Shown here piece by piece: positions 39,185 to 48,574 of a stretch of DNA of 64,000 bases (position 1 is its first letter; each line of letters begins with the position of its first letter). Source of the DNA: an uncultured Clostridia bacterium (GTDB lineage Bacteria > Acidobacteriota > Aminicenantia > UBA2199); assembly GCA_964502145.1 (NCBI GenBank), contig CAZCVI010000007.1:118297-182296 (forward strand), read 5' to 3'. Position numbers and translations under genes: made by a program. The notes below the pieces were generated by a model that saw nothing but the letters and a program-made list of their open reading frames with translations, had not been told where the DNA came from and ran no database searches.

Positions 39185-39817
39185 TTATCCCTTTCTCTTT
39201 TTAGCCCCGGATTCTTTTTCTGCATCCTTACGGGCTTCATCTTTATCTTTGTATAAAAAAGTGAGTCTGAAATCAAACACATCCTGACCAGACTGGGTTT
39301 GCCTGACGGAACCGGGGAATTGGACATCGTCAAAACAACCGGTCCCCTTCAAATTATTGATAAAGTCGGAGATCAAATTATTATGAATCGCCTTACCTTG
39401 GATATTAACCAATTTCCCGGAAAAGGTGAGACTTTGGAGCCACACCCAGTCGGGTATAGCATTGCACAACTGGTCCATCATCTTAACGGTATCTTGCTGT
39501 CGGCTTTTTAATTCCGAAATCAATTTTATTTTCTTATCGACCATACTTTTGGCATTTTCAAGTTCATCCAATTGTTTCAGCACATTGTCCAGTTCATCTT
39601 TCCTGGCCTGTTTTTCGATCAATAACTTCTCTCTATCATCAATCGCACTGGCCTGGGTAAAATATAAAAAGGCAATAGTACCCAGAGTCAATAAAGTGGC
39701 AAATACGATAGCCGCTGTACTGATCTTATTTTGCCGGGATTCTTCGGGAAATGCTTTCCCCTCGGCGCCGCCACTGATTTCTTTTTTTTCGGGACTAAGT
39801 AGATTTACTCTAATCAT
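39185..39817 (-). CDS. pilN: Type IV pilus assembly protein PilN
   Basis: Characteristic N-terminus MIRVNLL. TM helix and coiled coil. Confidence 0.8.
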   Translation of the reverse strand: MIRVNLLSPEKKEISGGAEGKAFPEESRQNKISTAAIVFATLLTLGTIAFLYFTQASAIDDREKLLIEKQARKDELDNVLKQLDELENAKSMVDKKIKLISELKSRQQDTVKMMDQLCNAIPDWVWLQSLTFSGKLVNIQGKAIHNNLISDFINNLKGTGCFDDVQFPGSVRQTQSGQDVFDFRLTFLYKDKDEARKDAEKESGAKKRKG

Positions 39818-40896
39818 TTGACATCTCCAACAGCCCTTAATGCCAATCCCATGGCCACATTAAACTCGGGGGCCTTTTCTTTGATAAAATCCAGATCGAA
39901 TTTTTTTTCATTGATTTCAATGTTATTAAAAGGGTTGACAATTTCCACGGGGATATCGAATTCCTGGGAGAAAAAATCAATGATGGATTCCAGGTTGGAT
40001 GTTCCACCGCTCAGTAAAATATTATCAATTCGTCCTTCGGAGGTATTGGAGCGATAAAATTCGAATGTTTTCTTGATCTCAGATTTAAGCTCGTTAAAGA
40101 TCAGATTGATGACCGGTTTTACTGCGGCTGTGGAAACGCCGTCGACTTGCCTGCCCTTTTTCACGGATTCGGCCTTCTCATACTTCAGGTTCAATTCTTT
40201 CTGGATTAAATCGGTGAATTGATTTCCTCCAAAAGCGATATCGCGGACAAACACGGGGTTACCGTTCTTGGCAATGATCACATTGGTAATGGATGCGCCA
40301 ATATTAATAATGGCAATGCTACGATCAATATACATCTCATAATTGTACATGACACTGTTTAATACGGCAAAAGATTCCAAGTCAACAATCTCGGTGGTTT
40401 TATCGGCAATAGCAATGACATTTAAATAATCGTTTAATTTTTCCTTTTTAGTAGCGGCCAGAATAACGCCCACGCGATCGGGATGGATATCTGACGATTC
40501 GATGATCTCGTAATCGATATTGACCTCTTCCGGGGTGAATGGAATATGGGGGCGTGCTTCCCATAAAATATGTTCATGCATTTCGTTCTGACTTAAACGT
40601 TGCACTTCGATCCGCTTTACGATAACGGAGCTACCGGAAACGCCGAAAGATAACTGGTTGGTTTTGGTCTTAGACTCGTGGAAGATATGAGCTATGGCGT
40701 CAGCCACAGCGGTGGAGTCCATAATACTGCCTTCAACGATAGATTGATACGGAACCGGCTCATACCCGAATGCCACCAACTCGTAATGCATCTCTTTACC
40801 CTTTTTCTTGGGTTTTAACTCAATGAGCTTTAACGCAAACGAGCCAATGTCTAGGCCCAATATTTTTTTTGGTTTCAAAAAGCTAAAAAATGACAT
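39814..40896 (-). CDS. pilM: Type IV pilus assembly ATPase-fold protein PilM
   Basis: Actin-like fold motif LGLDIGSFALKLIEL. First gene of the pilMNOPQ operon. Confidence 0.9.
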   Translation of the reverse strand: MSFFSFLKPKKILGLDIGSFALKLIELKPKKKGKEMHYELVAFGYEPVPYQSIVEGSIMDSTAVADAIAHIFHESKTKTNQLSFGVSGSSVIVKRIEVQRLSQNEMHEHILWEARPHIPFTPEEVNIDYEIIESSDIHPDRVGVILAATKKEKLNDYLNVIAIADKTTEIVDLESFAVLNSVMYNYEMYIDRSIAIINIGASITNVIIAKNGNPVFVRDIAFGGNQFTDLIQKELNLKYEKAESVKKGRQVDGVSTAAVKPVINLIFNELKSEIKKTFEFYRSNTSEGRIDNILLSGGTSNLESIIDFFSQEFDIPVEIVNPFNNIEINEKKFDLDFIKEKAPEFNVAMGLALRAVGDVK

Positions 40897-41529
40897 TGAT
40901 TTCTCCGTTTCCTTTTATATTATTCATTTTCATTGTCCATTTATTATCCATTTATTATCCATTCATTGTCCATTCATTGTCTATATCACTGTTTGTGCAT
41001 CATCCATTCTTTTCTAACACAGCAAAAATAAAAAGTCAAGTATTTTATTTTTTTTTTTACTGTCATATCGGGGGTTTCACCCGTGAATTTTCTGGAAATC
41101 CTGGTTGCAAGGGCATTTTGTGTTTTAAGACGAAAACCTTCACTACCAAATTGTTTAAAGCACTGGCACTGTTTTTCCTCAGGGTCCAACCGCCCTGTCC
41201 ATTCAAAACCAACCATATGCATGCCAACCTTTTTTCGTTTCAAAGTAAAACCTCCAATTTAGTGTATAGCAAATTTCCTGCCAACACTGAACAAAATCGT
41301 GAATGTCTCTATATCGGCGTTATTGCGGGTAAATTGAGGAAATAAACGGCGTCATTTTCCTGACACTATGCATTAAAGATTGTCAAGGATATGATAAAAT
41401 ATACCTTTTCGGGGAAATTTTTTCTGTTTTTAGCGTGGGCTTGGGGGGGTATAAAAAAAGACAGAAATCGCCTGAAATGGTGCAGTGCTATAGCGAGAAG
41501 TCGGTGATTACTGTTTCTAATGAAGGAGT

Positions 41530-42015
41530 TTAATATTCATCCAAGTGAACAAACTCGGCATTTTCAATCCATGTGATAGGCCGGGAAAGAAATTCCACCA
41601 TGTTCTCCAAGAGATACCGGTGTCTTTCTTCGTCTTGGGCAATCTTTAGAAGGATGGCTTTGGCGTCTTTATTATCGATCTCTTCTGCCTTCTCCTTGTA
41701 AAAAGCGGCACTTTTTATTTCCACCTCTATGGCTTTTTTATACAAGTCAATTTCCGATATATTGACATTAAAGTCTTCAAGTTGGTCCTTCATTTCCGCA
41801 AAAATAGTTTTTGCCTTTCCTAATATTGCGGTTCCCCGGATATCCGGGCTCATTTCGTCTTTGAGTTGTTTGAAAGCATTATAGTGTCCCACCTCGTCGT
41901 CAGCCAAGAGAATGAGAATCCGATTCAGTCCATCCTGATGACACTTATGGGCAAGATCCCGATAATATGCTTCTCCATCTTTTTCCATTTGCATAGCGTA
42001 GTCAAATACGTTCAT
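41530..42015 (-). CDS. Ferritin-like di-iron protein (rubrerythrin family, no rubredoxin domain)
   Basis: Paired E...ExxH motifs (DDEVGHY, QDEERHRY). Confidence 0.75.
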   Translation of the reverse strand: MNVFDYAMQMEKDGEAYYRDLAHKCHQDGLNRILILLADDEVGHYNAFKQLKDEMSPDIRGTAILGKAKTIFAEMKDQLEDFNVNISEIDLYKKAIEVEIKSAAFYKEKAEEIDNKDAKAILLKIAQDEERHRYLLENMVEFLSRPITWIENAEFVHLDEY

Positions 42016-42145
42016 TGTATAACCTCCAATAGGTTTTCCGATTCTTAACTCGTTAATAATAATGATTCTTTAATAATAATGATATAGAAAAAAAAATACA
42101 AGGGTTCCCTGGGAATTTTTTTTTAAAGTGAAAAGAATCGACGTG

Positions 42146-42586
42146 TTAGCCTTCGGCGACTTTTTGGTGTTGCAAAAATTCGAGGATCTGTTTTTTGTTT
42201 TCCAACTTGTAACCGAGAAAATATTTTAACACGGCCAGACGGATTTCAGGCACGTAATCAATGTAGAAAAAGAGGTCGAGCATTTCTTCGGTAAATTCGC
42301 CGTAATCGGCAGTTTTACTTTTTTCTTCCTCTTGGATGACCATGTCTCCCTTTCCTGAGATGAGCCAATTGGTATCAATGTTATAATGAGTTTTGAAATA
42401 ATGGCAAATAAGCATATTGGGGGAAACAATCCCTTTCTCTATGCGGGCGATATTGGCTTGATTCATCCCGAAAATAGCACTGGTCTCCTTTTGAGATAAT
42501 CCGACATAATGCCGCATCTGTCGAAATCGTTCGCCTATACAGGCTTTTAAATCTCTAATGGTAGTACCGTTTACTTCAGAAGTCAT
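42146..42586 (-). CDS. XRE-family helix-turn-helix transcriptional regulator
   Basis: HTH region LSQKETSAIFGMNQANIARIEKG. Confidence 0.8.
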   Translation of the reverse strand: MTSEVNGTTIRDLKACIGERFRQMRHYVGLSQKETSAIFGMNQANIARIEKGIVSPNMLICHYFKTHYNIDTNWLISGKGDMVIQEEEKSKTADYGEFTEEMLDLFFYIDYVPEIRLAVLKYFLGYKLENKKQILEFLQHQKVAEG

Positions 42587-42685
42587 ATCACCTCCAAATT
42601 ATAACAAGGTATAATTATATATAAATTAACGGAGAAACTCAAGGTATCAGCAAAAATTTTTTAAGATTTTTAACTCAAGGTTATA

Positions 42686-42882
42686 ACCTGGATTCACCGG
42701 CAGGTTGATGGGAAGTCTGGGAAGTCTGGGAATTATGGGAGGAATGGGAGGAATGGGAATATTTCTGTTTATCCCATAATTCCCATAATTCCCATAATTC
42801 CCAGAGTTCCCATAATTCCCATAATTCCCAGACTTCCCACTTGCTTTTACGATACTCTCATTGAACTGGCAGTGAATCCAGT
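42686..42882 (+). mobile_element. Hairpin element H2 (same family, different arm sequence): arms of tandem 9-mers nnnTGGGAA on one side and TCCCATAAT-type on the other, with ends CCTGGATTCACC...CAGTGAATCCAG
   Basis: Read directly. It has the same architecture and terminal repeats as H1/H3/H5, but the arm repeats are unrelated in sequence. Confidence 0.7.
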
Positions 42883-42900
42883 GGCCATCTTTGATATCAG

Positions 42901-43248
42901 TCATACACCCACTGGCATATCCCATAATAGTGACCAATTTTTGACACAAGGCAGTGAATCGCGAACTATTTCAGGCATTACCCGGCTTAGAATTTGGCAC
43001 TGGGTGCTTTTTACCAGTTCTGCCAGCCGAGTCTCCACCCGTTTATTTTCCAGAGAATTGTATTTTTGTTTAATCAGGGAAATTTCCATTGCCAGTTCCC
43101 CGATTTTTTTTTCAAACATGTTTTCGCCGGTGGAAAGCAGGATTTTTAGTCGGGAGATGATACGATCTTTCTGATGATAATCTTCAAGGGCGCGTTCGCC
43201 GATTTTCCAGTTTATTCGGGTATTACCGCGAATTTTTTCGCTGCTCAC
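42901..43248 (-). CDS. Hypothetical small coiled-coil protein (uncertain)
   Basis: ORF only. No RBS or motif support. Its 3' end abuts repeat H2. Confidence 0.3.
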   Translation of the reverse strand: MSSEKIRGNTRINWKIGERALEDYHQKDRIISRLKILLSTGENMFEKKIGELAMEISLIKQKYNSLENKRVETRLAELVKSTQCQILSRVMPEIVRDSLPCVKNWSLLWDMPVGV

Positions 43249-43342
43249 AGCTTTGACCAGTTGGATTTCACGTCGTGATAGATAAAATCGCCTTCCACTT
43301 GAACGTCAACGACTGGAATTCCATCAAGCCACCCCCGATCAG

Positions 43343-43478
43343 CAGGCTGGACTATCTGGACATACTGGACTTACTGGACAAGCTGGAAAAAGCAAAGGTT
43401 TTGTGAAGTCCAGTAAGTCCAGTATGTCCAGTATGTCCAGACAGTCCAGTTTTTTCTGAAACTTGATTGTGAATCCAG
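43343..43478 (+). mobile_element. Hairpin element H6 (divergent copy): arms of nnnCTGGAC 9-mers, right end TGTGAATCCAGG, degenerate left end
   Basis: TATCTGGACATACTGGACTTACTGGACAAGCTGG, then a loop, then CCAGTAAGTCCAGTATGTCCAGTATGTCCAGACAGTCCAG. Confidence 0.5.
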
Positions 43479-43683
43479 GTTTCTTGGCATGCCCATGCTT
43501 CGGACCAGAAACAAATGGCTTAAAAATTCATGAAACGGCTTCTAATAAAGATTTTTGATAACCCACCGCATCAGTAGTGGTTGATTTAGGTTGATTTAGG
43601 TTTTTTGGATAATTGACATTGCTTTTAAAATCTAGTACAATACAATAAAAGACGTTGCTAATAATGTAAAAGAGGTTGAAAAA

Positions 43684-45807
43684 ATGAAAATCTTAAGAGC
43701 CGCCGTCATCCTTGTGGTTATGCTTTTTTTTGTAGGTCATTCCACGGTTGAAGCCAGTGCGGAAAAAACTACCACCCCAAAAAAATCGGTTAAGGATCTT
43801 TCACCAAAATACAAAAAATGGCTGAAAGATGATGTGGAATATATTATCTCGAAATGGGAGAAACAAGTATTCCTCCAGTTGGAATCGGACCGAGAACGCG
43901 AAATGTTTATGGCGGCGTTCTGGAAAAACAGGGACCCCAATGTCTACACAGAAGAAAATGAATACAAAACGGAACACTATCGCCGCATCAAATATGCGGA
44001 TGATAAATTCGGGAAAGGAACCCCAACATCGGGTCGCCGTACAGAACAAGGCCGAATCTACATCATCCTTGGGGAACCGAATTCAATCGAACGCTATGAT
44101 CAAGAAACAGAAATCTATCCAGTCATCATCTGGTTTTATTCTGGATTGGCAGAGTATGGTCTTCCGAATGCATTTTACGTGGTTTTTTTCAAAGAGGATA
44201 ATTCGGGTGACTTTGAACTATACAGCCCACTCCGACACGGTCCGCACAAATTACTGGTCAGTAATGATGACGATGATACGCATGATATTACCACGGCTTA
44301 TAATAAGCTCCTCAAAGTAATTCCCAATGTAGCCAAGGTGTCAATGTCCCTGATCGAGGGAGACACCCTCCCCGGTGGCAGACCCACGGTGAGCTCGGAT
44401 ATATTAATCTCAAAACAAATCGTGGAAGCCCCAACAAAACGGGTAAACGATGAGTATGCAAAAAAACTCTTAAAATACAAAAACTATATTGATGTGGATT
44501 ACTCGGTCAATTACATCCCCAATAAGTCCAAAGTAAAAATCTTTAAAGACGATACATCTGGACTCTATTTTGTCCATTACCTGGTTGAACCGCAAAAACT
44601 CTCCCTTGAGCAATTCGAAGATTCCGTATACGGGAACCTGGAAATCAATGGGAGTGTTTTTAATAAAGATGGCGAATCCATATACCAGTTTTCAAAAAAC
44701 GCCCCTATTCGACTGAAACCGAACCAAATGGAAAAGGTAAAAGACAAATTATTCAGTTTCCAGGATTTTTTCCCCCTTATTCCAGGCAATTACCGTTTGG
44801 AAATACTGATCAGAAATACCACTTCCAAGGAATTTACCTCGGTAGAAAGGGATTTGGTCATCCCAGCCACGACTAGCCCGGGTATGGGCATGACATTACT
44901 CGCCAATAATATCCGCCGGGACCCGAAATTCAAAACCAGCGATAAACCCTTTTTTGTTAACGGCACCCAGATGCTTGCTTCCCCGCAGAATGACTTTACC
45001 GCCGATGACAAATTATACTTCTTTTTTCAGGTTTACGGGTTAACGGAAGCCCAGATCAAGAATGGGTATTTTGTTTTCTCTTTTTTTAAAGATGACGATG
45101 AAGAAAAACCACTAAAAACCTTCAAGAAAGCCATCGCCGATTATTCTGGACCGGATCGGATTAATTTTATGGAAGAAATTCCACTGGCTGGCATGTCGGC
45201 CACCTATTATGTGGTCCGGGTTTCGGTATACGGGAAACCGGAGCAATTTTTATTTAAAGGCGAAGAACCATTCTTCATCAGTCCAGTCTCCCCACTGACA
45301 AGACCCTGGGTCGTATCGCTGAGCACACCCGCAGATGGCCCGGAACATTTGAATAGCCTGGCCATTCAATATACCAATATCAAAGACTACACCAACGCCA
45401 GCAATTATCTGGAACAAGCCTATCACCGCGCTCCCAATTCGGCCAAACTAGCACTAAATTACTGCCAATTGCTGCTGCAAATGAAAAACTACCAGAAAAT
45501 CAAAACGATTGCGACACCTTTCCTGCAAACCAATGAAAAACAGGAGTTTTATTCCTACCTCGGTTATGCATCGGCAAGCCTCGGGGAGTATGTCGAGGCG
45601 ATTACCCATTTCAAGGATCATCTGGCCTATTTTGGCACAAACATTAAAATACTAAACGCCATTGGTGAATGCTATCGGAAATTGGGGAATAAAGAAGAAG
45701 CACTGATTGCCTGGCAGAAATCATTGGAACTTTTGCCAGACCAAGAACAATTGCGGACTCTGATTAAAGAGTTGAAAAAAGATAATGGTAAGGGGACCAT
45801 TAAATAA
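43684..45807 (+). CDS. GWxTD domain-containing secreted protein with C-terminal TPR repeats
   Basis: Signal peptide. GWxTD-like region ...RRTEQGRIYIILGEPNSIERY.... Confidence 0.8.
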   Translation: MKILRAAVILVVMLFFVGHSTVEASAEKTTTPKKSVKDLSPKYKKWLKDDVEYIISKWEKQVFLQLESDREREMFMAAFWKNRDPNVYTEENEYKTEHYRRIKYADDKFGKGTPTSGRRTEQGRIYIILGEPNSIERYDQETEIYPVIIWFYSGLAEYGLPNAFYVVFFKEDNSGDFELYSPLRHGPHKLLVSNDDDDTHDITTAYNKLLKVIPNVAKVSMSLIEGDTLPGGRPTVSSDILISKQIVEAPTKRVNDEYAKKLLKYKNYIDVDYSVNYIPNKSKVKIFKDDTSGLYFVHYLVEPQKLSLEQFEDSVYGNLEINGSVFNKDGESIYQFSKNAPIRLKPNQMEKVKDKLFSFQDFFPLIPGNYRLEILIRNTTSKEFTSVERDLVIPATTSPGMGMTLLANNIRRDPKFKTSDKPFFVNGTQMLASPQNDFTADDKLYFFFQVYGLTEAQIKNGYFVFSFFKDDDEEKPLKTFKKAIADYSGPDRINFMEEIPLAGMSATYYVVRVSVYGKPEQFLFKGEEPFFISPVSPLTRPWVVSLSTPADGPEHLNSLAIQYTNIKDYTNASNYLEQAYHRAPNSAKLALNYCQLLLQMKNYQKIKTIATPFLQTNEKQEFYSYLGYASASLGEYVEAITHFKDHLAYFGTNIKILNAIGECYRKLGNKEEALIAWQKSLELLPDQEQLRTLIKELKKDNGKGTIK

Positions 45808-46733
45808 TGAAAGACAAAAAACAATTAAGATATATCGGTTTTTTAATGCTTCTGGTGGTGCCGGTTTTGCTGCTCACTTTTTGCAGCAAGAATGCCAAAT
45901 TACTCAAGGAATTACCCGAGATAGACCAGGAATTTATCTCGACAGTCCGGTACCTTATCACTTCCGCCGAGAAGAAGAAGTTTTTCACCCTGACCAACGA
46001 AACCGAAAGAAAGCAGTTTCGCCTGGACTTTTGGAAAAAGCGCGACCCTGATCCCGCGACTGAAGAAAATGAATTCCAGCAGCAGTATTTCGAACGCATT
46101 GAAGAGGCCAATCGGCTTTTTTCCATAGGTCATTATAAAGGTTGGCTTACGGATCGGGGCCATGTACTGGTCATTTTAGGACCGCCGGAAACCAAACGTG
46201 TTTATCCCAGCGGTTACCAAGTAGAGGATTATCCCAGCGAGGTTTGGTTTTACGGGTATTTTCCCGTGGTATTTGTGGACCGCAATCGAACAGGAGATTA
46301 CGATCTTGTCACATTGAACCTCTGGCATATGGCAGAAATAGTAAAAGCCCAAAAAAACGAAATACCTTCGGTTGCCCATGAAAATACCCCTTTCGGATTT
46401 AAGTCTAAGATATTTATGGATAAAAAAGCGGGGCACCATAACCTGCAACTCGCCCTTCCCTACCGCAATATCATTTTTCAAAAAGGAAAAGAAGGCTTCA
46501 ACGCGGATATTATCATCCGGGTTGAAATTATAGAGACAAAAAAAAATATCACCCAGTCGATGAACAAAAATCATTCGATAATGGTCACTGAAAGTGAGCT
46601 GAAGAAATTGTCAAACAACTACATCCTGTCGATTCCACTCAAACTGGAAGCAGGCAAGTACGAGGTGACCGTGATTATTGAAAGCAAGGCGGATAATATC
46701 AAGGTCAAGGACAAAATCAGCTTCAAAATTTAG
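45807..46733 (+). CDS. GWxTD domain-containing protein (paralog, 308 aa)
   Basis: HYKGWLTDRGHVLVILGPP. Its start overlaps the previous stop by 1 nt (TAATG). Confidence 0.8.
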   Translation: MKDKKQLRYIGFLMLLVVPVLLLTFCSKNAKLLKELPEIDQEFISTVRYLITSAEKKKFFTLTNETERKQFRLDFWKKRDPDPATEENEFQQQYFERIEEANRLFSIGHYKGWLTDRGHVLVILGPPETKRVYPSGYQVEDYPSEVWFYGYFPVVFVDRNRTGDYDLVTLNLWHMAEIVKAQKNEIPSVAHENTPFGFKSKIFMDKKAGHHNLQLALPYRNIIFQKGKEGFNADIIIRVEIIETKKNITQSMNKNHSIMVTESELKKLSNNYILSIPLKLEAGKYEVTVIIESKADNIKVKDKISFKI

Positions 46734-46821
46734 CAGTATCAGACTGGTTGAAAGAATAACTGAAAGAATGATTGAGAGAATAATAGAGAAAATGATATAT
46801 ACTAGATATTAGGAGAAAACA

Positions 46822-47808
46822 ATGAAAATTAACAGAGTAATACAAATGACGGTTATTGTATTAATGGTCCTTGTTATTACTGGAGTTTCCAGTAATGTAT
46901 ATGCACAGGATGGTCGGGGACGTGGGCTGATGCGTGGATCGGTCACCGATGAAGCGGGAAATGCAATAGCTCAAGCCAATGTTCAAATCGTCTTGCACGC
47001 GAATAAAGAGGTTAAATTTAATACAAAAACCAACGACAAGGGCAAGTTCACCTTTAACGGTCTAACCGGCGGTAACTGGCAGATTTTCGCATCAGCACCA
47101 GATTACATGGAAGGGCAAAAAATGGCAGCTATCCTTCAAGTCCCGGATAACCCGCCGATTTTAATCATTTTAAAAAAAATAACCGTGGCAGATTTGGCCC
47201 AGGCGGCTCAAACCGCTTTGGATAAAAACGCCTCTTTGATTGATCAAGGCAAACAACAGTTCAACGAAGCCAAATATGATGAAGCTCTGGAGCTTTTCCA
47301 GCAATTCCTGGTCAAACAGCCTGAATTCTACCAGACCCATTTACTGATTGGAAATTGTTATAAAGAAAAAGGCGAACTTGATCAAGCGATGGAATCGTAC
47401 AAAAAAGCACTTGAAATGGCCCCCAAAGAGAATCCAGACAAAACGTTAATTTCCCAGGTAGATTCGGCCATGGGTGATCTGTACATCCGCAAAGGCGACC
47501 TGAAAACGGCCCAGGAATACTTCAAAAAATCATTGGAACTGAACCCCACCGACGAAATTTTAGCCTATAATGTGGGTGAAATTTTCTTCTCCAATAATAA
47601 AACCGACGAAGCGCTGGTGTATTTCAAATTAGCCACCACGATCAAACCAGAATGGAGTCAACCTTACCTAAAAATCGGGTATGCCTACCTGAATTCCGGC
47701 GACTTTCCCAACGCCAAAGCCAATTTCAACAAGTTTCTCGAACTTGATGCCAATTCCCCAGAAGCTCCAGCTATTAAAGAGTTGCTGGATAGTCTAAAAG
47801 ATCAATAA
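46822..47808 (+). CDS. Secreted protein with an N-terminal carboxypeptidase-regulatory-like beta domain and TPR repeats
   Basis: Signal peptide. GSVTDEAGNAIAQANVQIV. TPR helices. AGGAGA RBS. Confidence 0.7.
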   Translation: MKINRVIQMTVIVLMVLVITGVSSNVYAQDGRGRGLMRGSVTDEAGNAIAQANVQIVLHANKEVKFNTKTNDKGKFTFNGLTGGNWQIFASAPDYMEGQKMAAILQVPDNPPILIILKKITVADLAQAAQTALDKNASLIDQGKQQFNEAKYDEALELFQQFLVKQPEFYQTHLLIGNCYKEKGELDQAMESYKKALEMAPKENPDKTLISQVDSAMGDLYIRKGDLKTAQEYFKKSLELNPTDEILAYNVGEIFFSNNKTDEALVYFKLATTIKPEWSQPYLKIGYAYLNSGDFPNAKANFNKFLELDANSPEAPAIKELLDSLKDQ

Positions 47809-48032
47809 TAAATAATTATCCCTCCGGATAAATTATGAAAGGATGATACCAGGGGAGTCTGTGATGAGTGGTCAATCCACTTACTACAGAGCTCCCCATT
47901 TTTCCACCACAAAATCAAAACCGCAAAAACCCAGTTTTGCGCCAAATCCTTGTGCGATAGCGGGGGGTTTTTAGGAATCTGCCATTTATACATCTACTTA
48001 TCAATATGAAATCCTGCAACCCTATCTTCCAT

Positions 48033-48200
48033 CCTGGATTCACCGCCAAATATCTAAAATCGTTGTGGACGATATGGACTTAGTGGACGATATGGACAAA
48101 AAAATGCTTTTGTTTTTGCTCCACATCGTTCACATCGTCCATATCGTCCACTAAGTCCATATCGTCCATGTTTTTTCACGAATCTGGCGAAGAATCCAGG
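48033..48200 (+). mobile_element. Hairpin element H3 with best-preserved terminal inverted repeats (CCTGGATTCACCGCCA ... TGGCGAAGAATCCAGG)
   Basis: Arms are (GATATGGAC)n against (GTCCATATC)n. Same loop as H1/H5. Confidence 0.75.
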
Positions 48201-48229
48201 CCATAGACAGAAAAATGTCATAGTTGGCA

Positions 48230-48358
48230 ATAACGTAATAGATTATTGGCACGATTTTGGTGTTGGATACGTTGGTGATGTTCGCATTGAGGTTGAGGTT
48301 CGATTTATAACCCAGTTTCAAATTATATTCCAGCAGGTGTACCCGTTTTGGCCTATCC
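48230..48358 (-). pseudogene. Remnant of the 3' end of a TonB-dependent receptor paralog, truncated next to H3
   Basis: It translates to ...YNLKLGYKSNLNLNANITNVSNTKI..., matching the C-terminal region of the intact receptor at 48575.. (YNLKLGSKFNLNLNANITNVTNNKI). The nucleotide similarity is also visible. Confidence 0.6.
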
Positions 48359-48486
48359 ATTAAACCCCCACTGTTAAACCAAAATTAACCAGTCGCTCCA
48401 TGGGCACAACACCCTCATTTAATTTCCAACATTAATTATATTGGAAAAACAAAAGGAAAACATCACAACAAATAATCTGGATAATT

Positions 48487-48530
48487 AAAAAAAAACCCCC
48501 TGACTTGCGCCAGGGGGCCTTTTTATTTCG
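48487..48530. terminator. Bidirectional intrinsic terminator (CCCCCTG-loop-CAGGGGG flanked by an A-run and a T-run)
   Basis: Read directly. It lies downstream of the TonB receptor gene. Confidence 0.6.
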
Positions 48531-48574
48531 GTGCAACGAACAACACGAATCGTTACAACATTGTTTTTTGTTAA

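Noticed and set aside
42647-42949. ORF encoding a GNYGNYGNSGNYG repeat peptide
   Set aside because: It is read entirely through the tandem 9-mer arms of hairpin element H2, so it is a translation artefact of the repeat.
47802-47993. 63-aa minus-strand ORF
   Set aside because: It is Trp-rich and implausible in composition. It lies in the intergenic space between a terminator region and hairpin element H3.
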